64,000 bases of DNA from Lama glama. Its lineage: Eukaryota. The position numbers and the translations under genes are program-made. The stretch lies in contig CM052817.1 of assembly GCA_028534125.1 (NCBI GenBank), forward strand, positions 69,504,001 to 69,568,000, written 5' to 3'. The notes beneath the pieces are model-generated. The model did no database searches and had not been told where the DNA came from. It saw only the letters and a list, made by a program, of their open reading frames with translations. Shown here one piece after another: positions 27,325 to 40,420 of this stretch (the stretch's first letter is position 1; each line of letters opens with the position of its first letter).

Positions 27325-28064
27325 AGTATTACTTTATGTTATCTATTGATGTGTAACAAATCATCTTAAAACATATTAGTGTAAACAACAAGTTTATATT
27401 GTATAGCACAGGGAACTATATTCAATGTATTGTAGTAACCTATAATGAAAAGAGTATGTATGTATATGTATGACTGAACTACTGTACTGTACACCAGGAA
27501 TTGACACAACATTGTAAACTGACTATACTTCAATTAAAAATTAAAATTAAAAAAATGTACTAGTGAAAAATTATTTTTTAATGTGGATTAGGAAAATGGA
27601 CTTGTGCAGCAAAGATGGCTTATCTCTGCTCCACTATGCCTGAGGGCTCAGATGGAAAGATTTAAATGGCAGGGGCTAGAATTATCTGGAGGCTCCTTTA
27701 TTCATATGTCTAGCATCTAGGATGGGATGATTTGAAGACTGGACTCATCTGAGATTGTCAATCAAAGAGCCTACACATGGTTTCACCACGTGCCTTGAGC
27801 TTCCCCAGGACACTGTGGCCTCTGTGTAATCAGACTCCTAACATTGAGGCACAGGAATTTAGCATCAAGTATTCCTGTAACCAGGCTGGGAAGGTCTGAT
27901 CTTTTTTAATCCAGCCTCAGACGTGACATAGCTTCATTTCCACTGTACTCTATTGAATAAAACAGACATAAGCCCACCCTGATTCACAACAAAGGGATAT
28001 ATAAATCTATCTCTAAGTGGAAGATGAGTCAAAGAACTTATGACCATGTATTAAAATTGCCACA
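27325..28064 (-). mobile_element. MaLR LTR (MLT1G/H-like), interrupted by an L1 tail
   Basis: TATCTATTGATGTGTAACAAATCATC...GATGGCTTATCTCTGCTCCAC...AGAGCCTACACATGG...ATTAAAATTGCCACA. Confidence 0.72.
27382..27555 (+). mobile_element. 5'-truncated L1 3' end with A-rich tail and degenerate TSD
   Basis: GTATAGCACAGGGAACTATATTCAA...CATTGTAAACTGACTATACTTCAATTAAAAA; flanks AAAACATATTAGTG (27368-27381) and AAAATGTACTAGTG (27552-27565). Confidence 0.88.
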
Positions 28065-31000
28065 GTAACTGTGGGAAAACTTTAAATGACTTGAAATCTT
28101 AGTGTTCACAAGCGAAAGAAATTTTATTGAATTTTTCCCAAATTTGATAATAATCCTAAACATTTCTTTGCCATTCCAATAATGAATAATAAAGCTGAAA
28201 TTAATAATAAATATCTCTAATAGTAAGTATGTTAATAATAAATCATTGATAATAAAAATTGAACTTTTATCAGCCATCCTATAGGAAAGACTGAATTATT
28301 CTCTTGTCTTTCTAGAGAGAGGAGGCAATCGAATAATACGCAGTCAAAACACATAAGGAAAATACTACCTAGAGGTGTTATTTACTAATAAAAGTGTCAT
28401 ATTCTTTTTTTCTGAATTTTATGATATTTTTGTATTTATTTTCTCTTTATAAATATATACTTTACACCTAATTTGTATTAATAATTGAATAAGATTCAGG
28501 CCTCTCAGAACCTGGATCTTCCAGGTTTCCTGTTGCCATGATGTCACTCTCTTTTTGCCTTCTCCCACTTCTTTGGCAATGTCTTCTTACTCTCTCCATT
28601 TCTCTCCCTCTTTCCATCCTTCTAATCCCTCAGGGTTCTAAACAAAGCCTTGTCACCTTATCCAACAATCCATTGCTGGCAATCTCATGCTATTATTTTA
28701 ACTACGATCTGTAAGCTAACAGCTTCTAAATGTGTATATAGTTGGTACATTGGACAAGGAGCCCTCCGAGGGTACTATCCTATGACAGCTTTATGTTGGT
28801 ATCCCTCGACTCTTTAAACCTTCTCTGCGGGTGGTGACAGTCTTTACCCTGCCTCTGATGGAAGCTTCAGTTCCTCAAAATTTTTTGGATCACATGATCA
28901 AGATTCAGAAATTTAGAATCTCAGATCAGTCGAATTCACAACTCCAAATTTGATGTCACTTTAAAACGCTTCCTCTTCCCCCTCCCCGGGGACTGCTGTA
29001 AATTAGTTATTTGCCCTAGGAAAACAGGGCCAGGCTTTTCTGTCCTTTCCCTGCCCAGGACATCCTGGCAGGAGAAAGAGGAGAGATAAGACGGATAAGA
29101 AACATGATGGTATCTGTCACTGTATAAGGTGCCTTCTTACCTGCTGGGCCTGGCAGATGCTTACAGCTGGTTCTGCCTCTCACATATACTTTGCTGGGTT
29201 CTTCCAAGATACTCCTGTAGGGTCTTACAAACTGTAACTCCCATAAAGACAGGTAATGCCTGTCCTTCCTATGGCTGTCCCTGCCATGTCCTGGGCTTCA
29301 GTCTCTACAGCCTCTTACTAGGTACCCATTAGCCCAAGGGCCTGCTCTCTTGGTCAGGATTGCTTTCCAAAACACCCAAGGATGCCTCTTCCTACCAAAG
29401 CTTCCACATGTTAAGGTCCCTGGAACAGCTTTGACCCTCTGTCAGAGAGGCAAGCAGCTGCCCAAATGCAGCTGTCTGGCTGGCTGCTTTCTCAAGTGAC
29501 TTTCTCAAGTTCATGTCAATCAACAAGTCTCTATGTCCCTCAATTCCAGGGCACATATAGAAAGCTCACCATGTGGTCCAGTGAAGCTCCTCTCTGTATA
29601 TTGAGTTTACAAGTAGCTCCCATCCCAACCACCAGCGAAGAGGGGAGACATATCACAGCTTTTCCACCAAGATTTCTTGTAAAAAAAATCTTTGTTTTCA
29701 CTCTCGGAATCTTTTCATATCTTTGAAGTTTTAGCACCCCTTTTGGAATATAGCATGTGCTCTATTATGATGCTTCAGCTGAAAGTTCAGAATGTGCTGC
29801 AGAGTTCAGAACTAAACTCAACTCCCAGCTTGTTCACCCTACCGTGTTCCCTCAATTAGTAGCCCAATGTAGAAAGCTCAGTTATGCTAAAACCCTTCCA
29901 TCAAGAAAATTTAATCCTTATTCCTCAGAAATGTAAAAATGTGCACATTTTTCCCTTGCTTTGGATCAGGAACCAATATCCTCTCACCTGGATTACTACA
30001 AACTACTTGAGGAACCTTATAATTATTTGCTCATTTGGTAAACAGCTGTTGAGGATCCATGCACTTTGGACAAAAAGATTAAAAATGCAACCCCTGTACT
30101 CAAGGATTTCACATACTAGTGAAGAAAATGATAATGCAACATTCACAATATATTATAGTGTTATAAAATATGAGGGCCGGACTTTTGTCTATTTTGTTCA
30201 CTACTCTACACCTAAGACTTTACTACAACCTGGTACATAATAAAAGTTCAATAAATAAAGGAGTAAAGTGGCATTTGGACATGGATACTATCAGAGCACA
30301 CAGTGAAGGCTTGTACAATGAGGAAGAGACCAAGGAATGCAATGCTTCAGCTGGGTCTGAATATAAGCTTCCATTCTTAGTCAAGCAATTAGAACCTACA
30401 AAGGCATGGACGCAGAAAGAGCATGGGGCAATTGGGAAACTGCAGACTGTTCATTATGATGTGTGTGCTGTGAAGGAGGAAGGGATGGAGGAAATCAGGC
30501 TACAGATTTTGATAAGCCAGATCATAAAGAATATCCTTTGTCATGCTAAGGAGTTTGAATTGTAACTTGCAGGTGGTAAGGAGTCACTGAAGGGCCTTAA
30601 GCAAGCACATGCCCTGATCAGATCTTTCACTGAGAAAGCATATTCTGAAAGCACTTTCCAGGTTAAACTGGAGAAGAACAAGTCTGTAGACTGAGAAGCC
30701 AGCTTGATGGCAATGGTATTTGGGGGTTTAAATAGTGAAATAGAAAAGATGCCACTCTTTTCTCCTTCCAAAAATTGTTCCTGAACCAAAAAGATAAAGA
30801 GACACACTAACACCATTTGAACAAAACTGTATAACTTTGACCACAGTATAAGACAAAGGCTCCCAGATGCAGTGGGTGTCATAGTGAGGGACACTCCAGG
30901 GGAGGCAGATGTCTGCAGCTGCACCTAAAACAAGCCCATAGAGTGATATTCACCAAAAATAGGTGATACTCCCTAAGGGGAATACTAACAAGACCTTATT

Positions 31001-31272
31001 TGCAACAATGTCAGGTGTGTGCATGGACTGGCAGAAGGATTTCCCTTGGACTTGAAGGAAACAAGAAGTCACACAAAAACTGCTCTCCCAGGAATGATCT
31101 GCTGGTGAAACAAGAGTCAAATAGGTGGATTACACATGGTAAGTAGTCTTGCAGAGGCTGATATTTGTTGGCTGGAAAGAAAAAAAAAGACAGAAAGAAA
31201 TCACAGAAACAACTTGAATCACAAGGAAACTTTGAATAAACATTGAGACTCATATGCAAAATACAATTATAA

Positions 31273-31410
31273 GGGGGAGGGTATAGCTCAGTGGTAGAGT
31301 GTGTGCTTAGTATGCACAAGGTGCTGGGTTCAGTTCCCAGTATCTCCATTAAAAAATCAATCAATAAATAAAATCTAATTACTCTCCCTCCAAAAAAGAC
31401 AAAATACAAA
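31273..31410 (+). mobile_element. tRNA-derived SINE, camelid type
   Basis: GGGGGAGGGTATAGCTCAGTGGTAGAG (A box), GGGTTCAGTTCCCAG (B-box-like), then TCTCCA and an A-rich tail with CTAATTACTCTCCCTCC. Confidence 0.88.
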
Positions 31411-31628
31411 CAATACAAGGACAATAGGCTAATTATTAATAGTCAACATTTTATTTCACCTTTCTCTGTCCATAGAGAATCAAGTGGACAAAAAAAATTA
31501 GTATAGATAGGAATGACCTAAATAACATAATTATTAAGGTAACATAATTGTTATTTAAGTGATAGGTATCCAACTTTATAATCTAAAACCAAAGGTTGCA
31601 CTTTTTCAATGTTAGTAGCACACTGTCA

Positions 31629-31633
<5 letters not shown>

Positions 31634-31679
<46 letters not shown>
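31634..31679. repeat. (TA)n microsatellite
   Basis: Pure TA run seen directly. Confidence 0.97.
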
Positions 31680-31681
<2 letters not shown>

Positions 31682-32774
31682 GCCACAGAGAAAACCTTAG
31701 AAAATCTCAAAACCAGGAGTAGCAAAGTTGAGTCTCTGATCAAAAGTGATAAAACTAAAAACACGTAAGTAAATCAGGAACTCTACCATTTGCCTGTATA
31801 ATTTAGCACAAAATGTAAATGCAGTAATACAGGTAAAAACCAATGATGGCCTAAAATAAGACAGAGAAAAAGGAAACAATCAATTGATGGAACTATGGTC
31901 ATCAGAGATTGGAGCTGAAGAAGATGGAGGTGTCTTTAGAAACTTCTAGGCTTTTTACTTGGGAAATGGGTGGATCACGCTTCCATTCATTAACATCAGG
32001 AGCATATTTGGAGAAACAGCTTTTGAGGAAAAAATGAGTTCATTTTCAGTCGCGTTTGAAATGTTGACTAGACCTCAGTGGGTAAAGTCAAAACAGGCAG
32101 CTGAATATATCAGTCTAAATCTTAGGAGAGAAACAGAGCAAGAGATGCATATTTAGCAAACATGTATAGTGGCTGAGTGACTTGGATTTAGATGAGATTC
32201 CTAAGAGAGGTTTTGAATGGAAAGGTAAGAGGACACAGGAGAAAGCCCTAGGGTTCACAGATGCTTAAAGCAGAGTAGACGGATTTAGGGAAGGAGCTCC
32301 AGAAACATGTTTTTCTTTTCATAACATTTATCACGCTTGTAATTACTGGTTTCATTTTCATATTTCCTGCTACACTCTAAGCTTCATGAGGATTGGGACC
32401 CATGTCTATAATATTCACTGCGTTATCATGACTCTGACAAGGGCCCAGTAAATAGTAGGTGATCAATAAATATTTGTTGAATGAATAAGTCAATGCATTA
32501 ATCCAAAGTAATGCCCCCCATCTGAACCCCCTTCAGCCCTCACTTCCTACCCTATGAGTGAATCTGATCTTTGACTCCTCTCTCTTTCATACATTCAGCC
32601 TCCCTCTTTTTGTTAGCATTTCTCTTTGTTCTGTGGAAGGTCTATAAGAAAGGATAAGATTCATGAAACATCAATATTTAAAAATACTGTGACCAAAAAA
32701 AGAAACTTGAAAACTAATATTGGGTCCAATGGGCCCTGATGATATACTAGTAGTTGATACTAGCACAGAAAAAC

Positions 32775-32944
32775 CAGTAGTTCTTGACCATTTTCATCTC
32801 ATATTACACAGAAAATAATGCAGCACGCATGGGTAAATTGAGGTATCCACTCATGGGCCAAGAGAAGCCTGCCTGTAGACTGATAGAATCACTGTACAAA
32901 GAGACCTGTTAACCACTTGTGATGCACATGGTTGGGAAGCTCTG
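32775..32944. mobile_element. possible hAT-Charlie MITE remnant (MER102-like)
   Basis: Ends CAGTAGTTCTTGACCATTTTC and GCACATGGTTGGGAAGCTCTG resemble this family; heavily decayed. Confidence 0.35.
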
Positions 32945-33044
32945 AACAGCCCTCTCTAAAGGCTTGTCCTACATTTTGAATACTGCTGTTTTCAGAATGT
33001 TACAAGATCTGTGGGCATATGTTTAGGCTGTTTATTCTTATAGA

Positions 33045-33260
33045 GAGTGAGGGTAGTGCTTAAGAGAAGATTGCCTGGGTATGAATCTGGCTCTGCCACT
33101 CACTAATTATGGGATCTTGAACAAGTTACTGCTCTTCTATGTACCTCAGTCTACTCCTTCATAAAATGGGATACTGATAGTGCCTACTCCATACAGTTGC
33201 TGTGAAGATTAAACGATTAAATCACAACACATTTAAAATGCTTAGAACAGTGCTTGACAA
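33045..33260 (+). mobile_element. MIR SINE
   Basis: TGCCTGGGTATGAATCTGGCTCTGCCACTCACTA...TCTTGAACAAGTTACT...CCTCAGTCTACTCCTTCATAAAATGGG...GTTGCTGTGAAGATTAAA. Confidence 0.8.
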
Positions 33261-34879
33261 TCAGAAAATATGATATTCTTATCCAGCTAATCACTTAACA
33301 GGAAAGACAATAATTGCCATAATTCACAACAAGAACCTAGACCATACTGTTATTCTAAAGATACAAGTTTTCTCATTTGGGGATGTTCATGCACTAAAAT
33401 TTATTTTATGATTCATAAATGAAAAAATACTAGAGAAGCTCTGCATACAAAGATAATTGGAAGGAAATATATAAAGTATAAATTTAAAAATTCATTGAGA
33501 TAATCATCCTAATTGGTATTTATAAAGCTGAAAATAAAAATGTTCTGTAATTATGGAGGAAGGAAGATAGCAATTCTCTCTTCAACAAAATTAAGTCATA
33601 AGAGTTTTCAAAAATATTGTATTTGACAATGAAAGTGATGTTTAAATTTTTATTAAAATTTTAATATCACTACTTTTCACTATCTACCTTATTCTTACTT
33701 CTACAATTTCTTTGTTAAATGACCTAAAATTTTTTTTAATAAAAGTGATCCATTGGACCCAGAAGATAATCATAATGACTCAGCTTTAAACTCAGGATCT
33801 TAAAAATAAGTAGACTCAGGATCTAAAAGAAAAGAAATAAATAGAAACATTTTCTCTTTAGGGTTGACTGTATTGCTGTATTCGCCATATTGAACAATTT
33901 GTAGGGCTGAAGAAAGCAGTAAAAATAAACCTAGGTTAAGATGAAAAGAAGAATAAATCATCAGTTCAGAGACAAAGTTGAAGGATATGAAATGACTGAA
34001 CATATACCAATGGTGACTGAATTATGATTCCACACAAAATCCCCTTCAGACCTGTCTTTATGGAGACAACTAAGCTCATGAACCCAATTGAGTTTAAATA
34101 GTCTGAGCAAAGAAAACTCGGCTTAGGGATCTCACTTAGGGATCTCACATTGAACTATAATATTTGTTGACGATGTTATAGGATTAAAACACATGAGGAT
34201 TGCTGCACATAAAACTGCATAAGATATATAAATTACTTTTCTGAAATGAGTATCCAACAACCTTCATAATATGGAATTTTAATGTTAAAAAATAAATTTC
34301 ATCCCTTCTCTCATTTAAATAAAGATTTATGTATCTGCCAGTTTTCTTCATTGTAATCATGAAAACCAACTTTGACTGTTTTAAGGAAAGGAAATTTATT
34401 GGAAGGATATTGTAGGATCAGAGAATGAATGGGAGGCTGAAGCAGCAGGTTCTAACTTTCACTAAGATGATAATCAATAATGTGGGGAAAAAACAGGTGA
34501 GAGGATTCCTTGAAAGCAAATTGGGATGCTATTCAGAAAAAAATATGTAATGCAGCTATCATGAATTAAAAAGATAGTCTATCATGTTAGAGGAGGAAAG
34601 GAATGAAGATCAGTTAGGGGAAGTTCTAAGTATGAAATCAGTAATTCCAAGAGACCATATACAGGTCCTCAGGATTTCACAGAGTCAGACTCATAAGAGG
34701 TCAATTACAAGAAAGTTGGATCGTTGCCATTACAATAATGAAGTGAGCCAAGAACACCCTAGAGTCCAATGGGGACTGAACTGTGCATGCATCACTCCTA
34801 ATTTCCTTGCTGATGGAGCCACTAGCTCAGGCTAATTATATTATAATGAGAAAATTCATTTGGAAATGAATAACATACA

Positions 34880-35785
34880 CCCCCAAAAATTTACTCTCCC
34901 TACAGTTTTTCTTATTTTATTGAAAGCATCTCCATTCTTCCAGATGTTCCAGCCAAATTTATGGACTCAACCTTGATTCCTCTCACTCTTTCATACCCTA
35001 CATCTAATCTATCAAAATTCTTGCTGACTATACATTCAAATTACATACATAATACCACTTCTTCTCATCACCTCCACTGACCTCCTAGATCTGAGTCAAC
35101 ATTATTTCTAAATTGCAACATCTTTTTAACAGGTCTCTGTTTCTATCTTTGCTCCTACCCCCACCACCTCAAGAGCCCATTCGCAACACCATAGTCAAAA
35201 GGACCTTTTAAAATTTAAGTCAGAATATTTTTCCCCTGCTCAAAACCCTCTAAAGTGTTCCCTCTTTTACCCAAAAGAAATACCAAATCCTTACAATAGC
35301 CTAATGAGTCCTACATGCTACCCACTGAACTTCTTCTCCTACCATTTTGACCCTTGCTCACTCTGCTGCTGTAATTTTGGCATCTCACACACACCAGGGA
35401 TGCTCGCACCTGTAGTTGTTCTACCTGAAATGCTCTTCCCAAAGATAACCTGCCTGGCTAGCACCTCACCTCCTTCAAGTCTCTGCTCAAATGTCATCTT
35501 CTCAATGAGGCCCACTCTGACCACCTTAATTAATACTACAACCAGCTTTTCACCCCCAGTACTCCACAGTTCACTTACGCTGCTCTACTTTTCCTGTGCT
35601 CCATAACACCTATTAGTCTATTATATGCTCTATTATTTATAGTTATTATATATTGTCTCTGCCTCGACAAGAAATTAAGATCTGGCAGAATAGAGATCTT
35701 TGTTCACAATGTATCCCAAGAAAAATATTGCATTTTATAATCATATAGATATGACTCTAAAAATATCTGCTGAATAAATGAAATA
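34880..35785. mobile_element. LINE-2 (L2) 3' region
   Basis: L2 text (CCTGCTCAAAACCCTC; CCTCCTTCAAGTCTCTGCTCAAATGTCATCTTCTCAATGAGGCC; tail AAATATCTGCTGAATAAATGAA). Explains ORFs 35304-35606 and 35339-35524. Confidence 0.8.
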
Positions 35786-36076
35786 AATAGGAATGACATG
35801 TACAGCAATGTGTGAAGGAGTTATTTCCATCTTGGAGTAGGGTTTAAGAAGATTTTGGACAGGGTTTGTCACAGACTAAGGATAAGAACATGGGAAATAA
35901 CGTGAGTAAAGGGTTCAACTGAACTACAGAATAAAGTGCAAAATGACCATCCTTTTATAGGAAGGAGTATCTTTGTTTCTATATGAAGGACCTTAGATTA
36001 GAGTAATTCTTTCGGCCTTTCAAAAGGTAAATAGGAGTGATTTATATAATCCACGCGATTTAGGGGGAAAAAAGAG

Positions 36077-36527
36077 TGTGTTAGTTTTTTACAACTGCCT
36101 AACAAATTACCACAAACACAAGACAGAAATTTATTCCTTGACAGTTGTGGAGGTCAGAAGTCCAAAATCAAAGTGTCAGCAGAGCCACTGAGGGCTCTGC
36201 CTCTGAAGGCTGTAAGGAGAGAATCCTCCCTCACTTCCTCCAGCTCCTGGTAGCTCCATGCTGTCCTTGGCTTGTGGCTATCTCACTCCAATCTCTGTTT
36301 CCTTCTTCACACGGCCTTGTCTTCTGTATTTCTGTCTTCTCCTCTTTATCTCTAAGTGACCCTTGTCACTGGATTTAGGGCTTACTCAGATAATGCAGGA
36401 TGATCTCATTTAAAGATCCTTGATTACATCTGCAAAGACTTTTATTGCAAATAAGGCTGTATTCACAACTTCCAGAGATTTAGATAGGGACATATCTTTT
36501 GAGGGGGCCACCATTCAACCCACTAAA
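36077..36527 (-). mobile_element. MaLR solo LTR (MLT1C-like)
   Basis: TGTGTTAGTTT...AACAAATTACCACAAAC...GGAGGTCAGAAGTCCAAAATCAA...GATTACATCTGCAAAGAC...CCATTCAACCCACTA. Confidence 0.85.
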
Positions 36528-36754
36528 GGGGACATATTTGGATCAATATATTTTCTCTTAGGATCTCTGCATTTAGGTAAGTTTCTGGCCCTGAGGGAAC
36601 TCTATGGCTTTCAACTTGTGCCAATGACAGCCTAGCTCCAATAGACACTCAGAACCTCAATATCCATGCTCTGTAGTTATTTCCAAGTAAAACAATATTT
36701 GCTGCTTTTATTGTTTCTCAGCAAGGTTTGTATTGATTACATGTTAAATCATAA

Positions 36755-36915
36755 TCAATATAAAAATATTAATACACTATTTTACTTTCTTTTCATGTGC
36801 TATCTGTAAAATCCAGTGTGTATTTTGTACCTAGAGCATATCTCAATTCAGATTGTTCATATTTCAAGAGCTCTGTAGGCACATGTGATGGCTTCCCTAC
36901 TGGAAAGCACAGGCC
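36755..36915. mobile_element. hAT-Charlie MITE fragment (MER33/MER3-like)
   Basis: AAAATCCAGTGTGTATTTTGTACCTAGAGCATATCTCAATTCAGA...ATTTCAAGAGCTC...CACATGTG. Confidence 0.55.
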
Positions 36916-39160
36916 TGTGACAATGTCCGGCACAAAGTCCATATTGAGTAAATATTACTGAATAAATAAGTGATTGAATGAAGTATCCTATCTGATGCCA
37001 ATGCTACACAGAACGAAACCTTCAAGGGAGCAGAAAAGGTGAATCAAAAAGGGGATCTGTGCTGTGCATCCAAAGAACAATGGGAGAAGACTCCTACAAT
37101 GTCTACCTCATAAAACAGAAAGGACTTAGTCTTACAGAAATAGGACCATGGCCAATTTCCTGAGTATCATTTCCTTGGGAGGGAAAGCTAAATGTAGTGT
37201 GATAGTGGTTTGGAATTAAATAATTGCCTTACAAGACATTTATTTCTAAAGAATGATCCAGTTTTATCCTATAATATCTTCTAGAGATTGAAGTCACAAA
37301 ACATGAGAATGGGCTCCTGCAAATCTATACAGAAGAATATGGAATAAGAAAGAGGCTTAACCCAGCAAACACTGTAGTCCAGCTGTTATGCTTTTTCAAC
37401 TTTTTATGTTCTAAAAACAACAAACAAACAAAACGAAATCCATGGGTTTGTGTGACAGATGCTGGAGAACAGCTTCTGCTCTTTGACCTCAAATACACTC
37501 GTGCAAATTACAACACAAAAGGTAGTCAGTGTCTTTATGGCTTGATTACCTCCATGTTCACCCCCTGGGTTCTTGTATGGCTATTTCATACTTCCCCAAA
37601 CCTGGCATGTTTGCTTAGTGTCAGGAACATGATTGCATAAATTAAGTTCTCTGACACAAACACACCATTAGCTCATTCTAAATTGGATGATCACTAATCA
37701 CTTATAATTTACTGTGCATGAATGCTATAGTGCTTCTTGAAGTGCCAAAATAAGCTGTCAACAGTTTTAAAATATAGCAGCCCATTAATCTATCTAAACC
37801 AAGTCCTAGGATTTTCCTTTTATTAGCATTATGAATGAGGAAGCAGCTTCACTTCCTGAACTCTCCCTTTGAGCAGGGCCTCTACCTTGTGCAGTTTGTC
37901 CAACATGCTTCCCCTTTCAAAATGGCATTTGAACCATGATTTGTAACCGAACTTAGGTTTGCTAGCCAAAAGCCTCTCACTTAGTATAATAAGTTATTAC
38001 TGAGTCACGTCATACAATTTCTGCCTTGATAGAGCCTTCAGAGAAAGTATTTTGAAGAAACTTCTGAAGTTTTAGATAGACCCCCTCTTACAAATAATTT
38101 CTCTTATGAAATTAGAAGTTAAGACCCCAGCATTGACTAATGAACTGTTCAAAAGATTAACTATCAACCTTTGCTCTGCCTTCACATTTAACTCAGAAAA
38201 AAATTGGTTTTGCACAGCTTAATTTTTCCTCTAAGATCAATGAATGTTTTTACCTCTCTTAGTTATTACAATCAAAATCATCCTTTGAACTCCAAATCTG
38301 TCCTTTGATGAAAGATTTGAGAGTATAAAGAAAATATAAAATATTAATTGAACTATCATCAGCAGTCTACATCTTGTTGGAACACACTTCTGCCCTCCTC
38401 AGTGCTTTCAGTCTCATAAAATAGCCAGCTGTATGACAGATCTTTTCAAAGAAAACAGCCCAGAAAATGATGAACTGATGAATGGTCCAGTGGCGGCATT
38501 ATGTTAAACATGATCTTCATTTTCTTTTACTTTCTATTTTTGCTTGAAGTCTGAGTCAGGGCTCATACTGTAAATGGTAATGCTTTTTATTATTTAGAAG
38601 CAGAGTTAGGGAGGTAGTCTGACTTTAGGAAACCTTCCTGTAAAATAAAGATACATCTTAAGCAGTTAGATCCAATCTAATTTCCATATAAGTGAAAATT
38701 CCTTAAGTATTATATGAGGGAACCTGAGCCACTCAAACTTTTATACTTTTCAAATACAGACATTTTATGGTTAATTTTATATTTTATTTCTATTGTTTAA
38801 ATAGCTCTCTCTCTAAAATGCTTTCCTCCAAGTTCATTAACTCTGTTTGATGGTAGACTATTTAGAATTATATAAGTAATTATCTGCACTTACTTCTTAT
38901 TTTTATATTACTTTTCACTAGAATGGTTGCATTTTTCCAGAAAATTATCATCTGAAAAGAATAAAAGTATCTTGCCAAAGACTTGCCAAAAATACAAAGT
39001 TCTCTTATGGGCTACTACTTATAGTCAAGTTATACGATAGCAATAAAACACCCTGAAAGAAAGAAAATTTGTAAATTTTTGAAATAGTTTTCAGTCTAAT
39101 CTATTCCTATCCAGTTTATATGGATATTTTATGGTATGAGATTTGAACCGTATTTTTAGT

Positions 39161-40420
39161 ATTTTTATTGAAATATAGTTGCTGTACAATGTTATGTAAG
39201 TTGTAGATGTACAATACAGTGATTCAATTTTTAAAGATTATACTCCACTTAGAGTTATTATAAAACATTGACTATATTACTCATGTTGTACAATATATCC
39301 ATGTAGCTTATTTTATACCTTATTAGGTATACCTCTTAATCCTCTACCCATATATTGCCCCTCCCCCTTCCCTCTCCCCACTGATAACCACTAGTTTGTT
39401 CTCTACATCTGTGAGTCTGTTTCTTTTTTGTTATATTCACTAGTTTGTTGTATTTTTAAGATTCCACATATAAGTGACATCATACAGTATTTGTCTTCCT
39501 CTGACTCATTTCACTACATATAATGCCCTCCAAGTCCATCCATGTTGCTGCAAATGGCAAAATTTTGTTCTTTTTATGGCTAAGTAGTATTCCATTGTAT
39601 ATATATACCACATCTTCTTTATCCAGTCATCTGTTGATGGACACTTAGGTTGCTTCCATATCTTGGCTATTGTAAATAATGCTGCTGTGAACACTAGGAT
39701 GAATGTATCTTTTCAAATTAGTGTTTTTGTTTTTTTCAGATACACTCTTGTGAGTGGAATTGCTGAGTCATATGGTAGTTCTGCTTTTAGTTTTTTGAGG
39801 AACCTCCATACTATTTTCCACAGTGGCTGCACTAATTTACATTCCCACCAACAGTGTACAGGGTTTCCCTTTTCTTCATATCCTTGGCAGTATTTGTTAT
39901 TTGTGGTCTTTTTGATGATGTCCATTCTGACAGGTGTGAGGTGATCCCTCATTGTGGTCTTAATTTGCATTTCCCTGATGATTAATGATGTTGAGCATCT
40001 TTTCATGTGCCTGTTGGCCATCTGCATCTCCTCTTTGGAAATATGTCAATTCATTCTTCTGCCCATTTGTTAATTAGGTTGGTTTTTTTTTTTTTGATGT
40101 TGAGTTGTATGAACTGTTTATATATTTTGGATATTAATCCTTTATCAGTTATATCATTTGCAAATATCTTCTCCCATTCAGTAGGCTGTCTTCTCATTTT
40201 GTCAATGGTTTCCTTTACTATGAAAAGATTAGCTCCCATTTGTTTACTTTTGCTTTTGTTTCCTTTGCTTTAAGAGATGGATCCAAAAAAATATAGCTGC
40301 AGTTTATGTCAAAGGGTGTTTTGCCTATGTTTTCCTCTAGTTTTATAGTGTCCAGTCTTACGTTCAGGTCTTTAATCCATTTTGAGATTTTTTGTATATA
40401 GTGTTAGAGAATGTTCTAAT
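39161..40420 (-). mobile_element. 5'-truncated LINE-1 (ORF2 C-terminus + 3'UTR)
   Basis: ORFs 39713-40027 ([29 protein letters not shown]...[14 protein letters not shown]) and 39506-39694 ([20 protein letters not shown]) are the L1 ORF2 C-terminus; 3'UTR and T-rich end at ~39161. Confidence 0.95.

Larger units (their letters stand above)
26833..28524 (+). mobile_element. hAT-Tip100 DNA transposon remnant (Zaphod/MER115-like), interrupted
   Basis: Left arm GATTTATCACAAAGATAATGAAGTCTAAACTTCAAGGCCC...GGGCCTTGGTAATGTGTTCATATGATCATAT; right arm ...GGAAAGACTGAATTATTCTC...TTCAGGCCTCTCAGAACCTGGATC. Recognised from memory. Confidence 0.6.

Noticed and set aside
31273..31350. tRNA-like sequence with A and B boxes
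   Set aside because: Followed by a SINE body and A-rich tail, with a second related copy at 40958; a SINE head, not a tRNA gene. ORF 31011-31424 merely reads through it.
36548..36582. Possible 15-nt plus-strand microexon (TTTTCTCTTAG|GATCTCTGCATTTAG|GTAAGT)
   Set aside because: Abuts an MLT1 LTR, no host gene identified, and too short to distinguish from chance.
16069..40420. Idea that the minus-strand L1 3' piece at 39161-40420 is the missing tail of the 11090-16229 L1, moved by a ~24 kb inversion; the two overlap by ~160 bp of ORF2.
   Set aside because: The overlapping parts differ at many positions, including CCTAGAGTAAG versus CTTAAAGCAAAG, which look like subfamily differences. I see no TSD shared between the 11090 flank and the 39160 flank, and sequence right of 40420 does not continue the second 5'UTR.
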